Notes: generated by a model not told the origin, from the sequence alone. 32,000 bases of DNA from Candidatus Electronema halotolerans (GCA_942493095.1 OW818675.1:330001-362000), one strand, 5' to 3'; counted from the stretch's first letter, positions 1 through 9,073 are shown. Made by a program: numbers and translations.

Positions 1-722
1 CCCTGCTCAACAATCCGGCCTTGGTGCATGATCGAGACTGTCTCCGCCGCCTGCCGCACCAAGGGCAGGTCATGGGTGATGAGCAGCACCGCCATCTGGA
101 ATTCCTGCTGCAAATCCTTGATCAGCTCCAGAATTTGGGCCTGAATGGTCACATCCAAGGCTGTGGTCGGCTCATCGGCGATCAGCAGGGCAGGGCGGCA
201 GGCTAAGGCCATCGCAATCATGACCCGCTGCCGCTGGCCGCCGGAAAGCTGGTGCGGATAGGCTTTGAGCCGGTTTTCAGGCTCTTGAATGCCAGTGCGG
301 GCCAGCAGGCTGACTGCTTCCTGCCGCGCCTCTTCCGCCGACATCTGCCGATGGAGGAGCAGCGGCTCCACAAGCTGGCTGCCAATGGTATGCACCGGAT
401 TGAGCGAAGTCATCGGCTCCTGAAAGATCATGGCGATCTCATTGCCGCGCACAGCCCGGATTTCCCGTTTGCTGATCTGAAGCAAGTCCCGGTCTTGGAA
501 GAGAATCTGGCCCTGCGTCCGCACTCTGCTGACACCCTCCAGCAGGCGGAGAACGGACAGGGCGGCCACAGACTTGCCAGACCCGGATTCGCCGACCAAG
601 GCATGGGTTTTGCCAGCCTCAATGCTCAGGCTGATGCCGTGCAGGACTTCAGTGTCGCCGCCAAGTTCCTGGTCAGCGAGAAAGGAAAGACAAAGCTGGT
701 TGATTGCAAGCAGGGGCTTCAT
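1..722 (-). CDS. Oligopeptide/dipeptide ABC transporter ATP-binding protein (DppD/OppD-like), 3' end off the window
   Basis: Reverse-strand translation from ATG at 722: [17 protein letters not shown]...[22 protein letters not shown] (Walker A), [40 protein letters not shown] (signature and Walker B). Missing from the ORF track because it runs off the edge. Confidence 0.93.
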   Translation of the reverse strand, partial: MKPLLAINQLCLSFLADQELGGDTEVLHGISLSIEAGKTHALVGESGSGKSVAALSVLRLLEGVSRVRTQGQILFQDRDLLQISKREIRAVRGNEIAMIFQEPMTSLNPVHTIGSQLVEPLLLHRQMSAEEARQEAVSLLARTGIQEPENRLKAYPHQLSGGQRQRVMIAMALACRPALLIADEPTTALDVTIQAQILELIKDLQQEFQMAVLLITHDLPLVRQAAETVSIMHQGRIVEQ

Positions 723-779
723 GCTGCGGAGTGTACCGCATGACTGAGGGGCAAGGCAAGGAGGGAGCGGGAAAAAATT

Positions 780-1199
780 TTATGCCGCTGTTGCCGGGAA
801 GTCGCCTTTTTTCTGACATTCCGGGCAGATGCCGGTGAATTCCACATGATGGCGGACGATCTTGTAGGCAGTTTTCTTGGCCGCTGCTCTGACAAGATCA
901 TAAATCACATCCATTTCAATATTTTCCACTTTGGAGCAGACCGAGCAGCGGATATGATAATGCGGCTCTGTGTCCGCATCAAAACGCTTCTGCGAGCCGC
1001 CCACCTCAAGTTTCAGAATGATGCCGCCTTCGGCCATCAACTCCAGATTCCGATAGACCGTGCCCAGCCCGATGCGCGGCAGCCGCTTCCGCACTATGTC
1101 GTACAGCTCGCAGGCCGTGGGATGATTCGCCTTAGTAAGCTCCTCCAGCAGAATCTGCCGCTGCGTTGTCATGCGAATGATGGGGTCTGCGGCCTGCAT
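780..1199 (-). CDS. Fur/PerR-family metal-responsive transcriptional regulator
   Basis: 139 aa; winged-helix N-terminus (MTTQRQILLEELTKANHPTACELYDIVRKRLPRIGLGTVYRNLELMAEGGII), HYHIRCSVCSKV and CPEC metal-binding region. Confidence 0.93.
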   Translation of the reverse strand: MQAADPIIRMTTQRQILLEELTKANHPTACELYDIVRKRLPRIGLGTVYRNLELMAEGGIILKLEVGGSQKRFDADTEPHYHIRCSVCSKVENIEMDVIYDLVRAAAKKTAYKIVRHHVEFTGICPECQKKGDFPATAA

Positions 1200-1347
1200 G
1201 TCCTTCCCTTGCTGGCTAAAAAAATTGTCCTGATGAGGTCAGTATGGCATTTTTCAAATACAATTCCGCATGTTCCGTCAAGAAATATAAAAGAGCTATT
1301 GGGAATGAAAGAGGAATCCTGTTGCGCTGCTTGAATGGGCTGAACAA

Positions 1348-1849
1348 TCACTTGTAATGTTCTGAATAGGCATCAAGCAGTTTTTTGTATCATTTTTTGA
1401 TATTGCGTATGATGCTTTTCCGCTTCACGTTTGAAGAAATCGAGGCTTTTTCTGCTGAGAGTGAGTGTTATTTCAACGTGTCCCTCTTTAAAAAGAAGCT
1501 GCTCCGGTGGTGGCAGAAAATCTTCAATTATGCGAATATCGCCTAACGGTTCGTCTGTATATTCAATTTTTTTGTTTTCTTTGTCATATATTTTCTTCCC
1601 TTTTCGCCAATAGCCAGCACCAATTATTCGTATGGCACTGCCACGAAACGTAAAACGAACAGTTGCAATACCTTCCTGTATCCTGCCGAAACAGTAATAT
1701 CTTTTCTCATCTTGACTATGAGCCGTATCTTCAGCAATAATACGCTGCGGATCGGCAAATGCGTATTGAGCAAGCTCAAATGACACGCCATGCTTTTTCT
1801 GGTTCTGTTGATTTTTAGCTTTATCCTATTCAAACTTGACCTGTTTCAT
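1348..1849 (-). pseudogene. Degraded brnT-brnA type II toxin-antitoxin locus
   Basis: Reading across lesions gives BrnT MKQVKFE*DKAKNQQNQKKHGVSFELAQYAFADPQRIIAEDTAHSQDEKRYYCFGRIQEGIATVRFTFRGSAIRIIGAGYWRKGKKIYDKEN, then BrnA-like KKIEYTDEPLGDIRIIEDFLPPPEQLLFKEGHVEITLTLSRKSLDFFKREAEKHHTQYQKMIQK / LLDAYSEHYK*. In-frame TAG at 1826-1828, A7 run at 1567-1573 and A6 run at 1381-1386. Confidence 0.82.
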
Positions 1850-1851
1850 AA

Positions 1852-1950
1852 GGGTACCTCGAAAAATTGGTATTTTTGGCAGTTGTTGCGTTGTAAATGT
1901 CTGATTATTCGATCACGCCTTCGGCAAAATCGGTATTTTTCGAGGTACCC
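1852..1950. repeat. 99-bp segment bounded by a perfect 16-bp inverted repeat (GGGTACCTCGAAAAAT ... ATTTTTCGAGGTACCC)
   Basis: Arms at 1852-1867 and 1935-1950 are exact reverse complements. Confidence 0.85.
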
Positions 1951-2084
1951 ATAAATTCAGTTCATGTTTCTTTTCTCTCTGCGGTCCAATCAAATTTGAA
2001 ATATCTTCATAAAATCGAGCAGAAACAGCCTCTCCTTGGCAATCTCAATACGATTCAATGTCACTTGAAAAAATAAACGAGCAG

Positions 2085-2114
2085 TATTTACCCATCTGCT
2101 GACGTAATTGTCAA
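2085..2114 (-). promoter_or_regulatory. Candidate sigma70 promoter upstream of the brnTA relic (TTGACA - 18 - TAAATA)
   Basis: Reverse strand TTGACA at 2114-2109 and TAAATA at 2090-2085. Confidence 0.45.
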
Positions 2115-2173
2115 GGGCAATTTACACAGATTCGATATTGTCAGCCCGGCATTTTTCTGAACCTGGGTGGCAA

Positions 2174-3232
2174 TCAGATGATCCAGTCTTGGAAAACCTC
2201 ATCCGGCAACGGCTGCACCTCAGAAAGCCTTCTTTCACCACTGCTTTTCTCTAACAGCACCTCACCAGGCAGCGGTCGGCCCTCTGTCTTGCGGCTGTAG
2301 CGCACCACCAGCCCTGCCGCCAAACCTGCCAGCTCCTCCTGCTGGGCCGGGGAAACGACCTCTTCCACCCGCCGCAGCAGCGCAAAAGGGCCGGGCCGTT
2401 CCGGCATGAAAAGCTGCCAGTCCTCCGGCCCGCGCAGTTCGCTCAGGCGGTCGTTTTCCTGCTCATTGCGGCCCAGCACCAGCCAATGCCCGCCAGGCAG
2501 TCGGAACTGGCGGCCAAGCAGCAGCAGCTTGATGTCCTCAGCCGTGATCTCGTCCTGGCTGATAGCCAACAGGCCCTTGTAAAAACGCTGAATCCGGGCC
2601 GAGAGAATGGGGTCAGTCAGCACGCAGCCTCCGGCAGGGGCGGGAAAATCGGCAATGCCCATCTGCCGGGCCAAGGCAAGCTGCTGGCTGCGCCCGCGCC
2701 CGGCAAAGCTGTGCAGCCGTTCCCGGTCCACCAGCCCCTGCTGCTCGGCCAAGGTGGGATTGAGCAGCTTGGCAGACAAAGGCCGAAGCAAAATATCCCG
2801 GCAGTCCGCCTCCCGCTCAATCAGATTCAGCGTGTCACGCCGCTGCGACATGGGCCGCTGGCCCAGCACTTCGCCGGTAATCAGGAAAGAGGCCCCGCGC
2901 TCCTCCATCAGCTCGCGGGCACGGCGCAGCATCATGATTTTGCAGTCAATGCAGGGATTGAAATTCTTGCCAAAACCATGTGCCGGGCGGCGGAGCATGT
3001 CAAGATAGCCGCTGCTCAGGTCGATCAGCTCGGCCTCCAGCCCGTATTTTCGTTGCATTTCCTGCTGAAACCGCTCCGCCTCAGCCAGCAGATGATGATC
3101 AAAAAACGGGGTGACACACTTCAGGGCCAGCACGCGGATGCCTTGAGCGGCGACGGTGCGGCAGGCGAGGATGGAGTCAAGGCCGCCGGAAAACAGGGCC
3201 AAGGCGGTGATGCTCGTGGATGAGGATTTCAT
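2174..3232 (-). CDS. PP-loop ATP-pyrophosphatase, MnmA/ThiI-like tRNA thiouridylase family protein
   Basis: 352 aa; LALFSGGLDSILACRTV PP-loop (SGGLDS), CIDCKIMMLRRARELMEERGASFLITGEVLGQRPMSQ. Confidence 0.85.
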   Translation of the reverse strand: MKSSSTSITALALFSGGLDSILACRTVAAQGIRVLALKCVTPFFDHHLLAEAERFQQEMQRKYGLEAELIDLSSGYLDMLRRPAHGFGKNFNPCIDCKIMMLRRARELMEERGASFLITGEVLGQRPMSQRRDTLNLIEREADCRDILLRPLSAKLLNPTLAEQQGLVDRERLHSFAGRGRSQQLALARQMGIADFPAPAGGCVLTDPILSARIQRFYKGLLAISQDEITAEDIKLLLLGRQFRLPGGHWLVLGRNEQENDRLSELRGPEDWQLFMPERPGPFALLRRVEEVVSPAQQEELAGLAAGLVVRYSRKTEGRPLPGEVLLEKSSGERRLSEVQPLPDEVFQDWII

Positions 3233-3359
3233 GAAATAGAGAAGAATTTCTTGGCAATTGCAGAGCCGGACACATATAATGATTCTGTGCGCATCAGAGA
3301 TACTATTCGGTTTTCCCTGACAGTTTCAACTCATTTCCGCAGCAGAGCGACTCTCCTCC

Positions 3360-3983
3360 TTGCCCATGCATATTCAGTTTCTTGGCTTTCTGGCCGCCTT
3401 TCTCATGTTCTCCACTTTTTACATGAAGAACATGGTGCCGCTGCGCATTGTCGGCATTGCCAGCAATATCACCTTTATCATCTACACGGTCAATGCGGAG
3501 ATATGGCCGGTCTTCACCCTCCATGTGGTGCTGCTGCCCATGAACTGCCTGCGCTTGGTGCAGATGCTCCGGCTGATCCGGCAGGTGCGGCGGGCATCAG
3601 AAGGGGACATGTCGTTTGAATTCATGATCCCGCACATGAAAAAAGAGCGTTTCAAGGAAGGTGAGATCATTTTTCACAAAGGCGACCGGGCAGAGAAAAT
3701 TTATCTGCTCAAATCCGGGCATCTCATGGTGGATGAATTTGACGTGGCCTTGCGGCCTGGGGAGCTGTTCGGGGAAATGGGCGTGTTTGCCAGCGACCAG
3801 ACGCGCAGTGCCACCCTGCGCTGCAAAACCGATGTGGAACTGCTCGCCATGACTGACAAGCAAATCCGCCAGCTTTACTATCAGAATCCTGATTTTGGCT
3901 TTTATCTGATCCAGCTCCTGCTCAAGCGTTTTGCGCACAACGAGGTCAAGGCTGTAAAGCTCAATGCCCCGCACGTGGGATAA
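3360..3983 (+). CDS. Membrane-anchored cyclic-nucleotide-binding (Crp-like cNMP) domain protein
   Basis: N-terminal hydrophobic helices, then FKEGEIIFHKGDRAEKIYLLKSGHLMVDEFDVALRPGELFGEMGVFASDQTRSATLRCKTDVELLAM. Confidence 0.85.
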   Translation: MPMHIQFLGFLAAFLMFSTFYMKNMVPLRIVGIASNITFIIYTVNAEIWPVFTLHVVLLPMNCLRLVQMLRLIRQVRRASEGDMSFEFMIPHMKKERFKEGEIIFHKGDRAEKIYLLKSGHLMVDEFDVALRPGELFGEMGVFASDQTRSATLRCKTDVELLAMTDKQIRQLYYQNPDFGFYLIQLLLKRFAHNEVKAVKLNAPHVG

Positions 3984-4173
3984 CTGGTGCCAAGCGCGTC
4001 TTATTTTCCGCCGTTCAAATAATAACTGCTTTTTTTCTCAGCAAGCACCAATATTTGTCGGCGGTCAAGCTCGATCTTGTATGATTGCGGCCTATCGCCC
4101 TACGGACGCGGCTCATATTTCATGAGCGTCTGTCCGGCGGCAGGGTGTCAGCCATGAAGAATCCTCAAAATAC

Positions 4174-4207
4174 AAAAGACCGATAGCATTGTCGCCATCG
4201 GTCTTTT
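4174..4207 (-). terminator. Bidirectional rho-independent terminator
   Basis: AAAAGACCGAT-agcattgtcgcc-ATCGGTCTTTT at the 3' side of the 4241-4435 gene. Confidence 0.85.
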
Positions 4208-4240
4208 GCTGCACTTCTAAAGCTGGGAACTGCGGTTTTC

Positions 4241-4435
4241 TCAGCAGCCGGCAATAGGTGCTCTTTTTTTCTGCACTTTCACCTCGTCACCAGCTTTCAG
4301 CTTTGTCCCTTCACATTTCATGGTGACAGTGTCACCCTCAACAGTCTCAACTTTGCATGTTTCGGTTGCGGCCCAAGCAATGCCAACGGTGACAGCAAAG
4401 GCTGCGACCATTACTGCTGCAATGATTTTTTTCAC
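4241..4435 (-). CDS. Small exported protein (64 aa) with signal peptide
   Basis: MKKIIAAVMVAAFAVTVGIAWAA signal peptide; mature part TETCKVETVEGDTVTMKCEGTKLKAGDEVKVQKKRAPIAGC; preceded by AGGAGG (rc of cctcct at 4444-4449). Confidence 0.8.
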   Translation of the reverse strand: MKKIIAAVMVAAFAVTVGIAWAATETCKVETVEGDTVTMKCEGTKLKAGDEVKVQKKRAPIAGC

Positions 4436-4487
4436 AGTAAAAACCTCCTGATATATTTACGTGGGGTTAGCTCCAAATTAGTACCGC

Positions 4488-4516
4488 ATAATAATGCGTT
4501 CCTGAGCGGATGTCAA
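4488..4516 (-). promoter_or_regulatory. Sigma70 promoter for the small exported protein (TTGACA - 17 - TATTAT)
   Basis: -35 TTGACA at 4516-4511, 17-nt spacer, -10 TATTAT at 4493-4488 on the reverse strand. Confidence 0.75.
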
Positions 4517-4738
4517 TATAAAATCCTTGCGCCGCCGCCCGGACTTATTGTGCAGATGCTCTCGCGCATATTGAAAACATTATGATTTTACGGACACTTT
4601 CCTAAGAAAGCCTGTCCAGTTTTTTTGCTCTGAGAACAGCGGGCAATGCCTCTCCTTGGTGCTGCTGAAGCAAGAAGCCGACAGCAATTATCTCCCGCAG
4701 GCCGGATGAGGAGAGCCGAAAATATCTGTTCGTTGCTG

Positions 4739-4767
4739 TTGACAGAGCGGCCAGATGGGTTTATATG
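4739..4767 (+). promoter_or_regulatory. Candidate sigma70 promoter for the fabG-fabZ-fabI cluster (TTGACA - 17 - TATATG)
   Basis: TTGACA 4739-4744, 17-nt spacer, TATATG 4762-4767. Confidence 0.55.
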
Positions 4768-4929
4768 GAAATTCACGCCTCAAGGACAGCAGAGGAAGCC
4801 TGTTCTTTTTTTGAAGAATATCCTTGCTAAGGCTCCTTTTTTTCCATTTCAGGGATTCTTCGGAAAAGGCAATGCGATCTGCCGATTGGCTTATCTCCAT
4901 AAAATGAACAACTAACATTCTTTATCCCA

Positions 4930-5676
4930 TTGAACACCTTCACCAATCAAAAAGCCATCATCACTGGGGCGACCAAGGGCATAGGCCGGGCCATTGCCGA
5001 GGCCCTGCTGGCTCAAGGCGCAACTGTGCTCGGCTTGTACGGCGGCGACAAGGCGGCAGCGGCAGACTTTGCCGCTGCTCAGACTAAGACTGAGACCGGC
5101 GGAAGGCTCCGGCTACAGCAAGTGGATGTCAGCGACTACCGGGCTGTGGAGTCCTTCTACCGCGAGGCCGAAGAGCAGTTTGAGACCATTGACATTCTGG
5201 TCAACAACGCGGGCATCCGCCGCGACGCGGTTTTGGCCATGATGCGGCAGGAGAACTGGCAGCGTGTCTTGGATGTCAACCTCACTGGCGGCTACAACAT
5301 GACCCGTTTTGCCATCCCCCTGATGATGAAGCAGAAATACGGGCGGATCATCTTCATCACCTCGCCTATGGGCCATCTCGGCTTTGCTGGGCAGAGCAAC
5401 TATGCCGCTTCCAAGGCCGGACAGACCGGCCTGATGAAGTCGCTCTCCAAAGAAGTGGCCAAGCGGAAAATCACGGTCAACTGCGTCTCGCCCGGCTTCA
5501 TCAGCACGGATTTTATTGATGATCTCTCGGAAGAACAGGTCAAAGAATACAAGAAGCTGGTGCCAGCGGGCCGTTTCGGCAAGCCGGAGGAAGTGGCCGA
5601 CGCGGTGCTCTTTCTGGCCGACAAAAAGGCGGCTTATATCACCGGCGCAGTGCTGGAAGTGACCGGAGGACTGTAA
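4930..5676 (+). CDS. fabG: 3-oxoacyl-[acyl-carrier-protein] reductase (SDR family)
   Basis: TTG start; AIITGATKGIGRAIAEAL, NNAG, YAASKAG (YxxxK), VSPGFISTDF. Confidence 0.9.
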   Translation: MNTFTNQKAIITGATKGIGRAIAEALLAQGATVLGLYGGDKAAAADFAAAQTKTETGGRLRLQQVDVSDYRAVESFYREAEEQFETIDILVNNAGIRRDAVLAMMRQENWQRVLDVNLTGGYNMTRFAIPLMMKQKYGRIIFITSPMGHLGFAGQSNYAASKAGQTGLMKSLSKEVAKRKITVNCVSPGFISTDFIDDLSEEQVKEYKKLVPAGRFGKPEEVADAVLFLADKKAAYITGAVLEVTGGL

Positions 5677-6107
5677 TGGACAAAGATTTCATCATGGCCC
5701 GGATTCCGCACCGTCCGCCGTTTCTCTGGCTGGACCGGGTGCTGGAGCTGACTGACAGCGCAATTCGGGCGCAGACAACTTTGCCGAAAGATTTGGAGGT
5801 CTTTAAAGGCCATTATCCTGATTATCCGATCATGCCTGGGGTGCTGCTCTGCGAGGCGGTCTTTCAGGCCGGTGCCCTGCTGATTGCTGAGACGCTGCGG
5901 AATAAGGAAGAACTGAAGGGCGTGCCGGTGCTGACCCGCATCCTTGGGGCCAAGTTCAAGCGGGAAGTGCGGCCCGGCGACCGGATCAGCATTGCCGTCA
6001 GCTTGCAGGAGCGGATCGGCCCGGCGTGGTTTCTCAAAGGCAGTGTGCAGGTGCAGGGCAAAACAGCGGTGCAGGTTGAGTTCGCCTGCGCCTTGAAGGG
6101 GGAGTGA
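5676..6107 (+). CDS. fabZ: 3-hydroxyacyl-ACP dehydratase (FabZ/FabA hotdog family)
   Basis: [41 protein letters not shown]; overlaps the fabG stop. Confidence 0.87.
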   Translation: MDKDFIMARIPHRPPFLWLDRVLELTDSAIRAQTTLPKDLEVFKGHYPDYPIMPGVLLCEAVFQAGALLIAETLRNKEELKGVPVLTRILGAKFKREVRPGDRISIAVSLQERIGPAWFLKGSVQVQGKTAVQVEFACALKGE

Positions 6108-6907
6108 TGGATTTTCTCAGGCTGGCAGGCAAAAAAATCGTTGTCTTTGGCTTGGCGAACAAGAAATCCGTGGCCTGCGCTGTTGGCAAGGTGCTGGCTG
6201 AGGTCGGGGCGGAAGTGATTCACGTGGTGCGCAGCGAGGAGCGGGCCGCAGCCTGCCGCAAGCTCTTTCCGGCCAGCCCGGTCTTCTGCTGCGATGTGGA
6301 AGACGAGACGAACATCATCCGGGTGCGGGACGAGATCGCCGCTCAAGTTGGCGGGCCGCTTGCGGGCATTGTCCATTCCATCGCCTTTGCCAATTACTCA
6401 GAAGGACTGCAACCCTTTCACGCCACCGTGAAAAAGGACTTTCTTCAGGCAATTGACATCTCCTGCTTCTCTTTTATCGTCATTGCCAATCACTTCAGAG
6501 AGCTGCTCGACCCGGACGGGGCAATGGTGACAATTTCCATTTCCACCACCCGCATGGCCTCGGAAAACTACGGCTACATGGCTCCGGTCAAGGCGGCCTT
6601 GGATTCCTCGCTCTGCTTTTTGGCCAAGTCGTTTTCCGCCTTTTCGCGGGTGCGCTTCAACGCGGTCGGAGCCAGCCTGCTCAAGACTTCGGCCTCAGCA
6701 GGCATTCCCGGCTACATTGACGCATATCTTTTTGCCGAGCAAGCCATTCCCCGCAAGCAGGCCTTGCAGACCAATGAAGTCGCTGATGCAGCCGCCTTTC
6801 TGCTTTCCGAGCGTTCCTCCGGCATCAACGGCCAGACTCTTATTGTCGATGCGGGCATGAGCTTCAACTATTTTGACAAAGAAATCATCAACAAGGCGGT
6901 GCGCTGA
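6104..6907 (+). CDS. fabI: Enoyl-[acyl-carrier-protein] reductase (NADH)
   Basis: [74 protein letters not shown]. Confidence 0.88.
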   Translation: MMDFLRLAGKKIVVFGLANKKSVACAVGKVLAEVGAEVIHVVRSEERAAACRKLFPASPVFCCDVEDETNIIRVRDEIAAQVGGPLAGIVHSIAFANYSEGLQPFHATVKKDFLQAIDISCFSFIVIANHFRELLDPDGAMVTISISTTRMASENYGYMAPVKAALDSSLCFLAKSFSAFSRVRFNAVGASLLKTSASAGIPGYIDAYLFAEQAIPRKQALQTNEVADAAAFLLSERSSGINGQTLIVDAGMSFNYFDKEIINKAVR

Positions 6908-7155
6908 TGGCTGCCCCGCCGCTCAATCCATTTTTCCGCGCCCTTGGCATGGTCAAACATGCTTGGGCAGTGTTCCGGGCCAAGGACACGCCACGTTACG
7001 TCAAGCTGGTCTTTGGCTTGGGCCTGTTATACATCGTTTCGCCTTGGGATCTGATCCCGGAATGGATTCCTGTCATCGGCCTGATGGATGATCTTACCTT
7101 GGCGGCCCTGCTGGTTGCCTGGGCGAACGGGTTTAAGGTGGATGGGGAGGAATAG
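6907..7155 (+). CDS. YkvA-like DUF1232 small membrane protein
   Basis: AKDTPRYVKLVFGLGLLYIVSPWDLIPEWIPVIGLMDDLTLAALLVAWA. Confidence 0.85.
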   Translation: MAAPPLNPFFRALGMVKHAWAVFRAKDTPRYVKLVFGLGLLYIVSPWDLIPEWIPVIGLMDDLTLAALLVAWANGFKVDGEE

Positions 7156-7724
7156 GTAACTCAGCTCAGTTTTGCAAAAGGAAAAACAGAACATTTGTGA
7201 TGTGTTGAAATAATGAGGGCGAGCCAAGGCCCGCCCTTAACATAGATGGAAATTTCAGCATGGTCTAATGACCATGCGAAAGCAGTGAATCATCATGTTG
7301 ACATCGAGTCCAGCTTCCATCGCTGTTCCTTTTACATGCGAAGGAATTGCTGGTTAGCAAAACAGATGAAGTCAAGCAAATTACCAGAAGCAAAATCAGC
7401 CGTCTCATTTTCTCCTCCCTTTTTTAAATAAGAAACATGCTCTTTATTATTATCGACCTGAAAATAATTTCTGTCAATGCTGAAAGTATTTTTTATCGTT
7501 CAATCAATTGAATTTTATATGAATACAACAAAATAACAGCTTAAATACAATTTTTCAAAAAAACGGAAAAAGGCTGGGGTGCTTATGCAGGGTGATGTTT
7601 ACGATGGCAAAACAAACTGATATCCTGAGATATTTCATTGCTCCATTTCCAAGCTCAAAGCAGAGGCAAGCTTCTTTTTGGCGTGTTATCACCAAGGCTT
7701 GACAATTATACGAATTCACCGCTT

Positions 7725-8828
7725 TCAAGAGAGACCACCCGATGTCAAGAGCCAGTGTTTTTCAAAGATGCTGTGCAGGCACTGTTCCGCCGCAGCTTTC
7801 AGGCAAGGATATGCGCTGGGCGCAAATTGGCCAAGCAGCTTGCGCAGGGAATCCAAGGCCGGGCGGATGTATTGGGCAAAGAAGGGTTTGCCGCGCTGGC
7901 TGCTGAGAAAGGCGAAGGCCCCAAGGATTTGCAGGTTGCGCTGCACAGCCAGGAGCAGATATTCCTGCCGGAACTGCTCGCGGTTGTATGGAATCAGGGC
8001 GGTGAGCGCGTCAAGATGCTGCTCAAGAAGCGCATCCTGCATGACCTGCGGCAGGGCGGCGTAGGGGTCGAGGAGCAACGAGGCCAAATCATAGGCCAAT
8101 GGCCCCAGTCGGCCTGCCTGAAAATCAATGAAACGCACCTGTCCCTGCGTAATCATGATGTTGCGGCTCTGGAAGTCGCGGTGGAGGAAGAACGAGGCAT
8201 CGGCCTGAGCGGCTTGGTCGGCGAGCAGGGCAAACTCCTCAGTCAAGGCCGCTTCGTCCAAATCCAGCCAGAGCAGGTCTTGGCAGAGGGCGCGGAGAAA
8301 GTAGCCTGATTCGCGCTCCAGCATGACCTGACGGTCATAACGGGGCGTGTCCCAGCACCAGGCAGGATTGAAGTTTTCCCGGCCCAGCACCTGCATCTTG
8401 GCCAGCTCAACCACAGCCTGCCGGTATAATTTCATAATCTCCGGCGAATCCGCACCGTGCCGCAGAACCAGATCATGCAGGCGGAGATCGCCCAAGTCTT
8501 CGCAGACCAGCAGGCCGCTGTCTTCGTCAAAGGCCAGCAGCTTTGGCACTGGCGCGCCGCAGGCAAAGAGATGACAGCCTATCTGCCAGCCCGCCTTGGC
8601 CTCGTGCAGACCAACGGCATCGTCCGGCCCCGGCTGGACTGCAACTGCCCGCGCTCCGTCTGCCCGGATCAGGCGGCAGAAGCGGCGCAGCGAGCCGTCC
8701 GGGGTCAGCGGCGCAACCTGCGTCTGGCCCTCCTGCCACTCAGAACCGAGCAGCCGGACAGCGGCTTGGGAGCAAGCAGCGCGCTCCGTTTTCATGATCA
8801 TCTGTTCAACGTATGGATTCGAGTTCAT
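7725..8828 (-). CDS. APH/AmgK-like phosphotransferase (aminoglycoside/sugar kinase fold)
   Basis: 367 aa; ADASFFLHRDFQSRNIMITQGQVRFIDFQAGRLGPLAYDLASLLLDPYAALP carries the HRDFQxxN and DFQ catalytic motifs. Confidence 0.87.
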   Translation of the reverse strand: MNSNPYVEQMIMKTERAACSQAAVRLLGSEWQEGQTQVAPLTPDGSLRRFCRLIRADGARAVAVQPGPDDAVGLHEAKAGWQIGCHLFACGAPVPKLLAFDEDSGLLVCEDLGDLRLHDLVLRHGADSPEIMKLYRQAVVELAKMQVLGRENFNPAWCWDTPRYDRQVMLERESGYFLRALCQDLLWLDLDEAALTEEFALLADQAAQADASFFLHRDFQSRNIMITQGQVRFIDFQAGRLGPLAYDLASLLLDPYAALPQVMQDALLEQHLDALTALIPYNREQFRQEYLLLAVQRNLQILGAFAFLSSQRGKPFFAQYIRPALDSLRKLLGQFAPSAYPCLKAAAEQCLHSIFEKHWLLTSGGLS

Positions 8829-8994
8829 TTTTGCTTGACAGAAACGGAACAGCAGAATACAGTCTTCTTGTTTTTGGCCGATAATGCACGGCTCACCTTA
8901 ATATGGATCAAGGACACATTCAATGCCGAAGCCTGCTGGGCCGTTTTTAGGACCTGACTGCATAAGAAAAAAGTAACAACCGCAAGGTCTTCCC

Positions 8995-9041
8995 GCTCCC
9001 TGTTCCTGTGCGCCGCACAGGGCAGGGAGCTTTTTTATTTT
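8995..9041 (+). terminator. Rho-independent terminator/attenuator in the leader of the homospermidine synthase gene
   Basis: GCTCCCTG-ttcctgtgcgccgcacaggg-CAGGGAGC followed by TTTTTTATTTT; no intact upstream + strand CDS. Confidence 0.8.
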
Positions 9042-9073
9042 CATCATAAACGGACGAAAAGGAGACAGAACAG

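Noticed and set aside
1373-1786. A single ORF apparently encoding a natural BrnT-BrnA toxin-antitoxin fusion protein
   Set aside because: Both ends and the junction are better explained by lesions: nonsense codon upstream, A-run frameshift at the BrnT/BrnA boundary, and out-of-frame BrnA tail after a second A run.
2486-3223. 245-aa plus-strand ORF
   Set aside because: Antisense to the PP-loop ATPase gene (SGGLDS motif on the opposite strand).
7219-7240. GAGGGCGAGCCAAGGCCCGCCCTT hairpin after DUF1232 as terminator
   Set aside because: GC stem is present but there is no convincing U-tract afterwards, so it was not called as a rho-independent terminator.
7638-8309. 223-aa plus-strand ORF
   Set aside because: Antisense to the APH-type phosphotransferase, whose catalytic motifs are clear on the minus strand.
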